Below, piece after piece: positions 47,634 through 58,367 of a stretch of 64,000 bases of DNA. A model generated the notes under the pieces. The model saw nothing but the letters and a program-made list of their open reading frames with translations, searched no databases and was not told the origin of the DNA. The stretch's first letter is position 1. Every line of letters starts with the position of its first letter. This DNA is from Candidatus Obscuribacteraceae bacterium (GTDB taxonomy: Bacteria; Cyanobacteriota; Vampirovibrionia; Obscuribacterales; Obscuribacteraceae). Both the position numbers and the translations under genes were made by a program. The stretch lies in NCBI GenBank assembly GCA_044226015.1, contig JBGAHS010000006.1, positions 256,001-320,000 on the forward strand. Direction: 5' to 3'.

Positions 47634-50006
47634 ATGAAAACGATTCAGTTACCCGTACGAGATTTCGCATTGCCGGTTCCTCGCCGGGGAAGCATTGACG
47701 TCAACTCGGGTTATGGACTACTCAATCAGGGTCAGGAAATTCATGAGTATGTCCAGCAGATACGCAAGAAGGAAGATCCCTACTACCGGGCGGAAGTCAA
47801 AGTAAGCCACTCTTTCGAACATGAAAATTATAAGTTTCAAGTGTCGGGAAGAATTGATGGCATCTTTGATAAATTCCCTCTGCTCATTGAAGAAATTAAG
47901 TCAACGGTCAACGTACATCAACTAAAGGCGAAGTTGGAACTTACGCCTGACCATCCGTATATCTTGCAGGCTCAGACTTATGCATACCTGTACTACAAAC
48001 AACATGGATTGTTGCCCTCAGTCAGATTGCATTTGGTTTCAAGCACACAAAGGCAAGTTACTGAAAATCTTGATATTCCAGTTCAGCTAGATGTTTACGA
48101 GAAATGGCTTGAATTAAGGCTGGAAGAACTCGTAAAAGAAATGCAAGCCATTGAAGCCGACGTCATGCGACGCATCGACATACATTCCAAGATATTGTTT
48201 CCATTCAATGCACCAAGAACAGGGCAAATCGAACTTGTTGAGATGGTTGAGAAATCGATCAAAGAAAACAAATCGCTTTTTCTTCAAGCACCTACGGGGC
48301 TGGGCAAAACGATGGGAGTTATGTTTCCTGCTCTTAGAAATGCTCTATCGAGGGGGCAAAAACTTGTATACGTAACTCCAAAGAACAGCCAACACACAGT
48401 TGCAGAAGAAGCCGTCGAGCACTTGCAAAAACAGGGGCACGATCTCAGATCGATTACCGTCACAGCAAAGTCGAAAATTTGTTTCAAGCCTGAGCCAATC
48501 TGCACTCCAGAATATTGTGAGTACGCACGTTCTTACTATGAAAAGGTCTGGAAAAATGAACTCATTGACGTAATGGCAAAGAAGCCAAAACTAAATTTTG
48601 ATGTTTTTCAGGAACTTGGAAAAGAGTACGAGGTATGTCCATTTGAATTATCTGTGGATGCAATCGGAAGAGCAGACGTTTTCATCGGTGACTACAACTA
48701 CGTGTTTTCGCCGCGCTCTTTGCTGGGTCGCCTAACACAGTACAACGACCTTTTGAATGAGAAGCCTAATCTGGTAATTGACGAAGCGCACAATTTACCT
48801 GACCGTGCCTGCGACTACTACTCACCAGCACTACACGCAGTTACCTACGATGAAGCTTTTAATCGCTCAAGAATTTTGCCACCAAACCTGGCAATAGAAA
48901 CTCAAGCAATAGTAAGCAGCAGCCTCAATCTTATTAATAGCTCGCTGACAAAGCATCAGAAGGAAGCGAAGGTAGAAATTGATCCAGAACAATTCAAAAA
49001 CCTGGACAAGAAATGGAAAGAACTCATAGCAAATTACCTGCAGTCAGGACAGATGCTGGAGACAAAAGATCCAATAGTGCGAGCAGCCAATGAATGGTCC
49101 TCCTTTGCCGACGGAGTAGTTGTTGATTCCGATAATTTCTTCATTACAGCAAAGCAAACCCGTCTCGGAACAGAATTGAAGGTAACCTGTTGCGATGCTT
49201 CGTCGTTTCTTTCGACTGCTTATGAAAGTTTCCATAATACAGTGAGTTTTTCGGCAACATTGAAACCGTTCGACTATTACATGAAGCTCTCTGGTTTCCA
49301 AAGTTCAAATACAAACATTCATGAGTGTAGTTCGCCATTTCCAGCAGGCAATAGAAAGTTGCTTGTGATACCACAAGTGTCCACCAAATATAGTGACAGA
49401 GTAAAAAACTACGACAAAATAAGTGATGCTATCAAACGAATCGTGGTACTTCGACCTGGCAATTATTTTGCATTTTTTCCCAGCTTTGATTTCTTAAATG
49501 AGGTAGCAAATCGAACCAAACTGGAAGATTTTGAGATTCTTCTACAAAGGTCTGATATGAAAGGCGACGAAGTCAGGCAGTGGATAGAACGCCTGAAGAG
49601 CAACGACCCCACGAAAAAACCCGCATTGATTTTTGCAGTGCAAGGTGGAGTTTTTTCCGAAGGCATAGACTACCCTGGTGACTCACTCATTGGCGCATTG
49701 ATTATCGGACCTGCGTTGCCTAAATTTGATCTTGAACGCGAACTTCTTCGAGATTACTACGAAAAGCACTATAAGTCAGGTTTCGATTATGCCTACACCT
49801 ATCCGGCGATGAGTAGAGTCATTCAATCAGCAGGAAGAGTAATTCGCTCGGGAGAAGACCGAGGCATAATTGTTTTGATGGATCAGCGATTCACAATGAA
49901 GAGTTATGCGGAAGCAATGCCAAATGATTGGTTCAATAAATCAGTCAGAGAACTGGTGTCACAGAGCATTCTTAAAGATCTTAGCGAGTTCTGGCGTCAT
50001 GTTTAG
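47634..50006 (+). CDS. Fe-S DinG/Rad3-family DNA helicase with N-terminal PD-(D/E)xK nuclease domain
   Basis: GRIDG...EEIKS...QAQTY nuclease; QAPTGLGKT, four Fe-S Cys, DEAHN, SATL, FFPSF, EGID, QSAGRVIR. Confidence 0.9.
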   Translation: MKTIQLPVRDFALPVPRRGSIDVNSGYGLLNQGQEIHEYVQQIRKKEDPYYRAEVKVSHSFEHENYKFQVSGRIDGIFDKFPLLIEEIKSTVNVHQLKAKLELTPDHPYILQAQTYAYLYYKQHGLLPSVRLHLVSSTQRQVTENLDIPVQLDVYEKWLELRLEELVKEMQAIEADVMRRIDIHSKILFPFNAPRTGQIELVEMVEKSIKENKSLFLQAPTGLGKTMGVMFPALRNALSRGQKLVYVTPKNSQHTVAEEAVEHLQKQGHDLRSITVTAKSKICFKPEPICTPEYCEYARSYYEKVWKNELIDVMAKKPKLNFDVFQELGKEYEVCPFELSVDAIGRADVFIGDYNYVFSPRSLLGRLTQYNDLLNEKPNLVIDEAHNLPDRACDYYSPALHAVTYDEAFNRSRILPPNLAIETQAIVSSSLNLINSSLTKHQKEAKVEIDPEQFKNLDKKWKELIANYLQSGQMLETKDPIVRAANEWSSFADGVVVDSDNFFITAKQTRLGTELKVTCCDASSFLSTAYESFHNTVSFSATLKPFDYYMKLSGFQSSNTNIHECSSPFPAGNRKLLVIPQVSTKYSDRVKNYDKISDAIKRIVVLRPGNYFAFFPSFDFLNEVANRTKLEDFEILLQRSDMKGDEVRQWIERLKSNDPTKKPALIFAVQGGVFSEGIDYPGDSLIGALIIGPALPKFDLERELLRDYYEKHYKSGFDYAYTYPAMSRVIQSAGRVIRSGEDRGIIVLMDQRFTMKSYAEAMPNDWFNKSVRELVSQSILKDLSEFWRHV

Positions 50007-50020
50007 CAGGAGATGCTGAG

Positions 50021-51565
50021 ATGATATCCCGATTTCGCCACTCTCATGTTCTGCTGCGCTGGATCTTCCTGCGAATACTCTGCTTCTGTTTTCTTGCGGC
50101 ATTTATTTCGATTGGCGTTCAAATTACAGGACTCTATGGTGAGAATGGCATATTGCCAATTGCCTCAACGATAAAAGTGCTTGGATACAGGCTGGCTGAC
50201 GCTGCTTTCATAAACTATCCGAGCATATTCTTCGTAGACTCTCACGACAGCACGCTTCGGTCTGCCTGTTACCTGGGCATCATTGCATCTGCGTTTGGTT
50301 TTTGCGGAATTTTGACAGGTCCAATGATATTGCTTTGCTGGATCATCTATCTTTCTATTGCCAGCCTTGGACAGGAATTTATGGGGTTCCAGTGGGACTC
50401 ATTGCTTCTTGAAACTTCGTTGCTTGCGATGTGGTTCGCGCCATGGAAATTGAAGGAACTCCATCCCTGGTCTCGCGCATTTTTCTTGCAAGCAGAAGTT
50501 TCCTTCTTGTTTCTATGGTTGCTGCGTTTTCTCTGCTTCAAGCTAATGTTTCTTTCTGGTATGTGCAAACTAGCCAGTCATGACCCAAGCTGGTCAAACC
50601 TGAGTGCAATGAGCTACCACTACGAGAGCCAACCATTGCCTACGCCGCTGGCTTGGCTCAGCCAAAAACAGCCTTTACTTCTGGCACAATTAAGCACCCT
50701 TGGGGTTTTAGCAATTGAACTTGTCTTCCCCATTGCTCTCTGTACATTTTCCAGACCAGCCCGAATTATCGCTTCGTGTAGCTTTATTGCATTGATGCTA
50801 GCTATTATGCTAACTGGCAACTATGCGTTTTTCAATTTGCTCACAATAGCTTTAAGCCTCACCCTTCTCGACGACAGTTGCCTGCTAGACGTAACGCCTC
50901 GTTCATTCCGCCCGATGCTGAAGAGAAAGGCTATAGATTTGAAGCATATGTTCTGGAACTCAGCCGCATCAATTATACCGGGTGTGCTTATTGCGATAAC
51001 ATCATTCTCCTATGCGTGGATGATCCTAGACCGTGAAACGAACAGCTCATCTCTTCCATCTGCTCTAGAAATTCCCATCATGCTTACGCAACCACTTCGC
51101 AGCTTTAACAGCTATGGCTTATTTGCGGTGATGACCACGGACAGGAAGGAAATTATCATTGAGGGAAGCAATGATGAGAAGATTTGGCAGGTCTATGAGT
51201 TCAAGTATAAACCTGGCGATCTTCACCGCGCCCCACCAATAGTGGCACCACATCAACCAAGGCTTGACTGGCAAATGTGGTTTGCTTCCCTCGGAGCCGC
51301 AAATCAAAGCCCATGGTTTGAATTGTTTCTGAGAAAAATACTCGAAGGCTCACCCGATGTACTTGGGTTGTTGGATAGCAACCCGTTTCCACAGCGACCT
51401 CCAAAATTCATCAGAGCGAGAATCTATCTCTATCAGTTCAGCAGCATTGAGTCCCTCATTAAGCGAGGGGAGTGGTGGCAGAGAAAAGAACTAGGAATCT
51501 ACTTCCCATCATCATCACTAAGGGAACTGTCACCTGGGGACTTGAGCCCTAGCATTTTATTTTAG
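50021..51565 (+). CDS. Lipase maturation factor (LMF) family membrane protein
   Basis: GLYGENGILP, FQWDSLLLE, HYESQPLP, TGNYAFFN, YGLFA.MT, PHQPRLDWQMWF. Confidence 0.92.
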   Translation: MISRFRHSHVLLRWIFLRILCFCFLAAFISIGVQITGLYGENGILPIASTIKVLGYRLADAAFINYPSIFFVDSHDSTLRSACYLGIIASAFGFCGILTGPMILLCWIIYLSIASLGQEFMGFQWDSLLLETSLLAMWFAPWKLKELHPWSRAFFLQAEVSFLFLWLLRFLCFKLMFLSGMCKLASHDPSWSNLSAMSYHYESQPLPTPLAWLSQKQPLLLAQLSTLGVLAIELVFPIALCTFSRPARIIASCSFIALMLAIMLTGNYAFFNLLTIALSLTLLDDSCLLDVTPRSFRPMLKRKAIDLKHMFWNSAASIIPGVLIAITSFSYAWMILDRETNSSSLPSALEIPIMLTQPLRSFNSYGLFAVMTTDRKEIIIEGSNDEKIWQVYEFKYKPGDLHRAPPIVAPHQPRLDWQMWFASLGAANQSPWFELFLRKILEGSPDVLGLLDSNPFPQRPPKFIRARIYLYQFSSIESLIKRGEWWQRKELGIYFPSSSLRELSPGDLSPSILF

Positions 51566-51577
51566 GTTTAAAACGGT

Positions 51578-51608
51578 CAGAGGGTGATGCTGTTGGCACC
51601 ACCCTCTG
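51578..51608. terminator. Hairpin between convergent genes
   Basis: cagagggtgatgc...gcaccaccctctg. Confidence 0.65.
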
Positions 51609-51625
51609 TTCTACTACAACTTTAA

Positions 51626-52474
51626 TTATACTTGCCCTTGTGGAGCTCGTTGCTTGTCGTAAGCCGCCATGGCTTCATCCATCATCTTTTGACGATCTTC
51701 CTTCGAAATAGTGTAGAGTCTCTCACCAACTGTCAAGTTCAGATTTTCGTTGTTGAGGTGCCGAACACGCTTAGCCTCTTCAAGTATTTGCTTCGGCTTC
51801 CAATCAGGATGAGCGGCAGCTACCGTATCGTAATAGCCTTTCTTTGCCTCTACTGGTGGCAGGGTGTATTTTTCTTTGATGGCAGCTTCGACTTGTTTCT
51901 GGTAGTCAGCACGCGCCTTTTCTTCAGGTGTCTGGTCTTTGCCATTTGGCTCACCAGCCTTGTCCTTGGACGGGTCCTTCGATTTATCTTTGCCTGGATC
52001 TTTCGGTTTGTCTTTCGAAGGATCCTTTGGTTGATCCTTCGGAGGCTCGTTAGGCTTAGTATCAAGAAGTTTGTGGGGATCAACCATGTTCCACGATTTC
52101 GGCAACATGTGATCATTTATATGAGACCTGCCATCAATGTTCGCCTTCTGAAATCCGTGGGCGACCATCATGTCATTTAGACGAAAATAGATGTCGTCTT
52201 GCTTGTAGCTTTTCTTCCCTTCGGCTTTCAGGGTCGACTCTGCGACATCATATAAAGTTAGAGAACTCTGGCGATGTTTGCCAGGTTTGGCAGGGTCGCC
52301 GGGTTTAGACGGTCCCTGGTTATAGTCATACGGGTCCTGACCTGGCTGTGGTGCTGGGGATTGATCGCCCGCTTTACCAGGTTTTGTGGTGTTGTCTGCG
52401 CCCTGGTTAAATGAAAACCAGTCTATGGCAGACTGCTGTGGCGCAGCCTTGCCGGCATCCGTTGTCTTGTCCAT
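51626..52474 (-). CDS. Hypothetical protein with KDxx repeats and LysM-like segment(s)
   Basis: KDQPKDPSKDKPKDPGKDKSKDPSKDK; C-terminal YYDTV...LN...L.VGERL resembles LysM. Confidence 0.6.
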   Translation of the reverse strand: MDKTTDAGKAAPQQSAIDWFSFNQGADNTTKPGKAGDQSPAPQPGQDPYDYNQGPSKPGDPAKPGKHRQSSLTLYDVAESTLKAEGKKSYKQDDIYFRLNDMMVAHGFQKANIDGRSHINDHMLPKSWNMVDPHKLLDTKPNEPPKDQPKDPSKDKPKDPGKDKSKDPSKDKAGEPNGKDQTPEEKARADYQKQVEAAIKEKYTLPPVEAKKGYYDTVAAAHPDWKPKQILEEAKRVRHLNNENLNLTVGERLYTISKEDRQKMMDEAMAAYDKQRAPQGQV

Positions 52475-52784
52475 GTTTATCTCCAGCCATTGCCGTCTAA
52501 GGTTTCCCGATCCATTTCGACGTAATTTTGCCAATTAACCCTGAATGTATTTAAGCGATTTCGTCCATTTTTGGAAATGGGAGGAACACGCAAATATAAA
52601 ATTTCGGAATGTCCAAAAATGAAAATCGCCGTAAAGAAATACCACCACACGTTTTCCGGCAATACATGTCAAACCGAGATTTAATCTTCTGCTCAAGTTC
52701 AATCAATTCGAGCTACAAAAGCTCCGGCTAGAGCCTCGATTACGCCTCCAATAGGGTATCTTAGTATCAGTCGATGGTACAGCA

Positions 52785-54737
52785 ATGCAAGACCTTTACT
52801 CTGTAGAAATCAAAACCGTGGCTCAAAATACGTCCTGGCCATCACCGCAGGACTACAATGAGGCGATCCAAAATCCACAGTTTGCATTCGCCGATCTCGA
52901 ACTTAAGAACTCCGAGCCGGAACTCAATATAATTGGCATTCCCAAACCGGCATCAGGAAACTTTGCCTCCGTCTATCGTTTATTTTCGAATGATAGCGAA
53001 TGGGCCGTTCGTTGCTTTCTGCAACCAATGTCTGACCAACAACAAAGATATGAGGCACTTTCAAAAAAATTGAAAGAATGCAACTTGCCTTACATGTGTA
53101 GTTTCGAATATTTGAGCGAAGGCATTAGAGTCCACAAGAACTGGTTTCCAATCATAAAGATGGAATGGGTGAAGGGGAAATCACTTCTCGAATACATATC
53201 AGAACACATAAACAATTCCAGAAAACTTGAGGAACTTGCGAATTCCTTTGAGGAATTGATTACCTCTCTCGATGCCGCAGGCATCGCCCATGGTGACTTA
53301 CAACACGGGAATATTCTGGTTACAGATGAGGGGCAGATCAAGTTAGTTGACTATGATGGATGTTTCGTTCCAGCTTTGCGCGGTTGCAAAAGCAACGAAC
53401 TTGGTCACAGAAATTATCAGCATCCCAAAAGAGATGCAGAATACTTCAACGAGAAAATAGATCTATTCTCGGCTCAAATTATTCTTCTATCTCTTCGTGC
53501 TATTGCAAGCGAACCGTCTTTGTGGTCGAAACTGGACGGTGGAGACGAATGCCTTCTGTTTCGACGACTAGATTTGAGCAAACCAAATTTTTCAAAGACC
53601 TTCCATCTTCTGGAAATTCAACACGATGACTCTATAAAAGCGCTGGCAAAACAAGTTCGTTACGAGTTAGGGCAAGAACTCTCTGATCTCCCTGATTTTG
53701 GAACAATCAATTATAAGCAATCAGGTCTGGCACCATTAGAAACGATTCTTGTAAATACAACTGACGGTTCTGCTTCAGCAAAGTCTAGAGACAATCACGC
53801 TCATGTAATAGCTGGACGAAAAAGCAGAAAAAAAACTCTCGATGAAAGAACTTCGGCGATAGTAATCTTCGTGCTCATAGTACTTGGCGCCGCGGAATTC
53901 AGGGCATTGACCAATATTCTTTCCGACATGCTCAAAAAGAATATGTTCCGCTCAGTTGAATTCGACCCATACTTTGTTAGCAAAGAAAGAGTTTCAAGCC
54001 TTCTGCAAGCAACCGAGTTCAATCGCGCACAAGAAGAGGGTGTTGCCCCAACAGAAGATTCATTCTCTCTTTCTGACACACCCATAAAACTCTACAAAGA
54101 AGCAAAAGCGAATCACGAGAATCGTCCAGAATTAGCCGAAAAAAAATATCTACGCGCACTTGAGTTAGATGGGCATGCATCAAAATCAAATCTCAGCGCT
54201 GACCAACGCGCAGACGCACTTCAATTCATCGGTATGAACCGACTCAACAATCAAGATGAAAGTTCAACAGTTTACATTGAACAAGCTTACGAGATCCTCA
54301 ATGCAGATAGCAATTTCAGGGAAGCCAGTCGCTGCATTACTGAGTATGCCGATGCAATGGTGACATTACACAGGTATGAACAAGGATATTTACAAGCAAT
54401 TGTTGGGCTGGAGAATTCGAGCACTGTTGATACATACCGCCCATCGCTTTGTGACTCTGCTACAACAGCTGCTATTGGAACCTATGGCAACGACCCTTAC
54501 AATGCGCAGCTGAAACTCAAGAGAATCTGGAAGGCAATCTCAAAGTCCAAAGATCCCAACCTCGAACTGAGGTTTCTAGCGCAACTCGATGAGTTCGCCG
54601 AAGAGTTGCTATCAGGAAACAACCTCAAAGGGGCTTATGATATTTTCAACCTTATTGCCTCATTGGCACAATCTGACGATTTGCACGAGTTTAAAGTCAA
54701 TGCTCTAAACCGACTTGAGCAAATCTTCAAGAGATGA
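52785..54737 (+). CDS. Membrane-anchored Ser/Thr protein kinase-like protein
   Basis: GNFASVY, MEWVKG, HGDLQHGNIL, LVDYDG; central TM; helical C-terminus. Confidence 0.85.
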   Translation: MQDLYSVEIKTVAQNTSWPSPQDYNEAIQNPQFAFADLELKNSEPELNIIGIPKPASGNFASVYRLFSNDSEWAVRCFLQPMSDQQQRYEALSKKLKECNLPYMCSFEYLSEGIRVHKNWFPIIKMEWVKGKSLLEYISEHINNSRKLEELANSFEELITSLDAAGIAHGDLQHGNILVTDEGQIKLVDYDGCFVPALRGCKSNELGHRNYQHPKRDAEYFNEKIDLFSAQIILLSLRAIASEPSLWSKLDGGDECLLFRRLDLSKPNFSKTFHLLEIQHDDSIKALAKQVRYELGQELSDLPDFGTINYKQSGLAPLETILVNTTDGSASAKSRDNHAHVIAGRKSRKKTLDERTSAIVIFVLIVLGAAEFRALTNILSDMLKKNMFRSVEFDPYFVSKERVSSLLQATEFNRAQEEGVAPTEDSFSLSDTPIKLYKEAKANHENRPELAEKKYLRALELDGHASKSNLSADQRADALQFIGMNRLNNQDESSTVYIEQAYEILNADSNFREASRCITEYADAMVTLHRYEQGYLQAIVGLENSSTVDTYRPSLCDSATTAAIGTYGNDPYNAQLKLKRIWKAISKSKDPNLELRFLAQLDEFAEELLSGNNLKGAYDIFNLIASLAQSDDLHEFKVNALNRLEQIFKR

Positions 54738-54745
54738 GTCACTTA

Positions 54746-55465
54746 CTATTTTAAGCCCAAAAAACCCTTGATTTTACTTTCGAAGTCATCTCGCGAAGGT
54801 GCTCCAGAAATCTGATCAAGCATTTTGCCGCTATTATCTGTGAAAATGAATGTGGGATAGCCAGTAATACCGTATTTGGTTTTCAAAACTTCATTGGCTG
54901 CATCATCGCCATCAAGGGTTTGGAAGTCAGCTTTCTGCCGATAAGTATTTGAGATATCATCCCAATCGGGAGCGAATTTTTTACAAACGCCACACCAGCT
55001 CGTGGAGAATTCCAGCACCTTTAACTTGCCTGAAATCTTTGGCGCAACAGCAGCCCCCCTTGTAGGCGAGGAAGCTCTAGCAGCAGCGGTCAGAGATGGA
55101 CCCGACGAAGCTAATGTAGACAAGCTACTTGCGGACGAGGAATACGAACTTGGAAATTTACTCAATTGAATTAGCCCAGATTGAGCATACGAGCGCAAAG
55201 GGTCTCGTCCATTATTTGCGACCCACTCATACTGCTGCTTGGCCAGTGACATCTGGTTCATTCCCTGATAACACAGCGCCATGTAATATCTAGCATTTCC
55301 GTCTGCCGGCGATTTTGCGCTTAGTTCCTTGAATTTGCCCAGAGCAATTGCGAAGTGCTTAGCCTTGTATTCTTGCACTGCCTGGTCGAATTGCGATGGC
55401 AGCGCGAACGCAGCGCAATGACTAGCTCCATAAGCTAAAACGAAGGCTATGGTTGTTCTTTTCAT
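54746..55465 (-). CDS. Secreted TPR-thioredoxin protein
   Basis: Signal peptide, TPR unit, WCGVC, GYPT. Confidence 0.85.
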   Translation of the reverse strand: MKRTTIAFVLAYGASHCAAFALPSQFDQAVQEYKAKHFAIALGKFKELSAKSPADGNARYYMALCYQGMNQMSLAKQQYEWVANNGRDPLRSYAQSGLIQLSKFPSSYSSSASSLSTLASSGPSLTAAARASSPTRGAAVAPKISGKLKVLEFSTSWCGVCKKFAPDWDDISNTYRQKADFQTLDGDDAANEVLKTKYGITGYPTFIFTDNSGKMLDQISGAPSRDDFESKIKGFLGLK

Positions 55466-55663
55466 TTCAACTCCTGAGCATTACTACTACCAGATTATTC
55501 ATAATTGAGAATTCAGGCAAGTATATGAATGGCATATGTCGTGCAAATACTATTCTAATAAAGTCTAAAGCTCGCAGACACACGCCTTAGGCTTAGTTCA
55601 ATCCAAACAAAAAACCACGTGATATGATGCGCAACATCAAAACTTTAGTTGGAGGTCTATATC

Positions 55664-55936
55664 GTGAAAGCGACAACATCGAAACCAGCGGCTAGCAAAA
55701 CAGCTACGAAGGAAACAAAGAAAGCCGCGACCGAAACTAAGGCAACTCCGGTACTGAACGAAGCTAGTGTGACCATCATCACTAACGACAAACAGACTGT
55801 CGAAGCACCGTTTTTCGTCGACCACAATGTGATTGCTCAAACGGCTTACTTCCTCTGGCAAACCGAAGGGTGTCAAATGGGATTGGACGAAGAATATTGG
55901 CTTCGCGCTGAAGCTTCGTTGCAACCAAAAAAATAA
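55664..55936 (+). CDS. DUF2934-like small protein
   Basis: GGAGG SD and GTG start; IA..AY.LW..EG...G....W..AE motif after a K/A/T-rich N-terminus. Confidence 0.75.
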   Translation: MKATTSKPAASKTATKETKKAATETKATPVLNEASVTIITNDKQTVEAPFFVDHNVIAQTAYFLWQTEGCQMGLDEEYWLRAEASLQPKK

Positions 55937-55957
55937 GTTCAAAGTCCTATTTTTAGG

Positions 55958-55991
55958 AGGGCACGGTATTCTTCCGTGCCCTTTTCTTTTT
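55958..55991 (+). terminator. Intrinsic terminator
   Basis: agggcacgg-tattctt-ccgtgccct followed by a T-rich run. Confidence 0.85.
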
Positions 55992-56088
55992 CAAATTATG
56001 AAGAAATAGTTGGCTTCCAGCATAGCAGGGCAAAATCCAGTTACAAGGCTATATAGGACACCTTTGCGCAGTTGGCTGCGCTAAAAAC

Positions 56089-56679
56089 ATGCATAGAGTA
56101 TTCATTTCACAAGTTGGCTGCGACGCGCAATCTGGCAACGCAATCGTGATTTTGGAAGAGCCCCAAAGCGAAAAGCTCATTCCGATTTGGATTGGTGCGG
56201 CGGAAGCTGCAGCGATAAGTTTCGCATTGCAAGAAATCAAGACTGAACGTCCACTCACTCACCAGCTTTTGTTTGACACGATAGAAAAGCTCGACTTCGC
56301 AGTAGAGAAGGTGGAAATCACTGAGATCAAAAACAAAGCATTTTTTGCCAACCTCTACCTGGCTAAGAAACCAAATGAAGATACTGACGAGGACGTTGAG
56401 AGCCTTGAGTACACAATCATTGATTCCAGACCTTCTGATGCCATCGCGGTGGCTTTACTGAGCTCTGCGCCTATTTTCGTTGCAGATTCGGTTCTTGAGA
56501 GTGCCGGGCTGCCCAAGAGCGATGTGCGCACGCTAGGCACCGAGGAAGAGAAACCAAAGAAGAAACAAGCTCGAACGAAGCCCCAATCAGCTGAGGAAAT
56601 CGCCAAGGACAAAGCTTCATTCAAGGCATTTCTCGAAAACGTGAAAGCTTCGGATTTTCGACTTGACGACAGAAGATAG
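56089..56679 (+). CDS. Bifunctional nuclease family (DUF151) protein
   Basis: IPIWIG..EA.AI, RPLTH.L, DSRPSDAIA. Confidence 0.92.
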   Translation: MHRVFISQVGCDAQSGNAIVILEEPQSEKLIPIWIGAAEAAAISFALQEIKTERPLTHQLLFDTIEKLDFAVEKVEITEIKNKAFFANLYLAKKPNEDTDEDVESLEYTIIDSRPSDAIAVALLSSAPIFVADSVLESAGLPKSDVRTLGTEEEKPKKKQARTKPQSAEEIAKDKASFKAFLENVKASDFRLDDRR

Positions 56680-57408
56680 GGCGCCTTCCAGTGTTGTCTC
56701 AGATGGCATCCGACCGGACTGCGGTCACTGACTTTATCCACACACTTCTTGGGCTAGCTGCAGAATTCAGAACTGGGGAAGTCAGTAATTTAAAGAAATC
56801 TCGTTTTTTGAACATGTAAGGGTAGCCACGAGCAAAAGCTATCTATTAGACATACATTAACTCCCTCTTGAATATCTTTAAGCGGTACAGGTTATAGCTT
56901 TTCACTGATTTCGGAGAAGAATCAGCAATGAAAACAGGTTCAAGTGCCTGACATTTTTGATTTAAGAAAAGCGTGTGTCAAATGCTCAATTCTGTTCCTA
57001 ACAATTAATGCAAGATGAGCTTATTCTGGGGGACTTCACAAGCCTGATTCTCGCTGATAACATAGTATGCATATTCGGTGAGCGATTGAAGAAGCAATCA
57101 CTTCGAGCCGAGGGGCGATGTAGAAACAGCAGGAATGCGCATTCCGGGAACATCAGCAGCAGAGCCCGCTTTACGTGACGGATTGGCTGAAGCGTAGAGA
57201 AATATTGAGCCTCCAGCAAGAGGCAGCCAAGCAATAGCTAAGACACCATCGCGATTCAGTTCGGATGGTGTTTTTGTTTGTCCTCACTTTTTCCCCCCAC
57301 GGACAGACTGCGGCTAGAGAAAAAAGCAGCAATTGCTCGACATCTGATGCGGATCTCAACAGTTCGGTGAATTGCAACTACTTCCAACTGCCACTCGAGC
57401 CGTTTATC

Positions 57409-58293
57409 TCAGCATTGAATCAATTCGAAGTTAGAATCAGTGTCTACAGTCAAGATACAGTTGGCAAACTCGCATTCCAGGCGGTCTGGGAGATAGGTCC
57501 CACCGCGGGAATCATGGTAGTCCTCGATCTTAAACAAGGTCTCAATTACCCACTCATAAACTCGAATTTTGTCCGGCTGAGGAACTTTATTTAGTGCTTT
57601 TGCCAGTTGCCATTTCGCAACTCTAAACTTTTGACCGAATGGTTCCTCATACTCCATTCGAAGTTCTTTCATCCACTCTTGAATGATGCCACTGACAGGG
57701 CTTGGAGTTTCATATCCATAAGAATCGAGGAACTCACGGTCGTACCATGAAGTTCTTATTTCGGCACCGCTTCGATGCCTAATGAACCCATAGTCACCAT
57801 ATTTGGTTTGTATTCCTGGAAATATCTTGCGAAAGTTTGCATCTTCCATCAGCACGCTTGCAGCCCTGGTTTCAGCAGCTAGGCTCTGGCTGACCTCAAG
57901 CAGATCAGCTAGTGTCAGACACGATTCAGAACATATCAGGTCCGTCATTTCAACAAGATACTTTTCGGAAGGAAGGTGTTTCTTGAAAAAATTTGCATCA
58001 GGTACACATGAGTTCCAAACTGTAGAAACTTCCGCCTCAGCACCAAGCAACATGGCTCCAAAGTACATGCTCAAAGGTTCAATCAAATCATCTTTAGTCT
58101 CAAGATCAGATTCTTCTTCAAGCATCGACACTGTGATGACATCATCGGTAGCTAGAGCGCTGTAATTCCGCCTATTACCGAATATCTCTCTTTCATCAGT
58201 AATTCGTCCTCCGATGCAGATTGCCATGAAATCAACAAATAACATTAGAGGCAGTTTTGTTTTGACAACTAGTTTTTCAAATCTCTTATGCAC
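57409..58293 (-). CDS. Hypothetical protein
   Basis: 294-aa ORF with no recognised motif; start uncertain. Confidence 0.6.
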   Translation of the reverse strand: MHKRFEKLVVKTKLPLMLFVDFMAICIGGRITDEREIFGNRRNYSALATDDVITVSMLEEESDLETKDDLIEPLSMYFGAMLLGAEAEVSTVWNSCVPDANFFKKHLPSEKYLVEMTDLICSESCLTLADLLEVSQSLAAETRAASVLMEDANFRKIFPGIQTKYGDYGFIRHRSGAEIRTSWYDREFLDSYGYETPSPVSGIIQEWMKELRMEYEEPFGQKFRVAKWQLAKALNKVPQPDKIRVYEWVIETLFKIEDYHDSRGGTYLPDRLECEFANCILTVDTDSNFELIQC

Positions 58294-58367
58294 AAATTAT
58301 TTCCCATGACAGACTGGTAAAGAGCTGAAAAGCTATTATAGCTACTTACCCCTGCAGGAACATTCCG

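Noticed and set aside
47634..50006. Type IV CRISPR CasDinG or Cas4 locus
   Set aside because: No cas genes or array nearby; it fits a stand-alone nuclease-helicase.
56930..57408. Possible pseudogene fragments
   Set aside because: Short ORFs in several frames, none resembling a family I can recognise.
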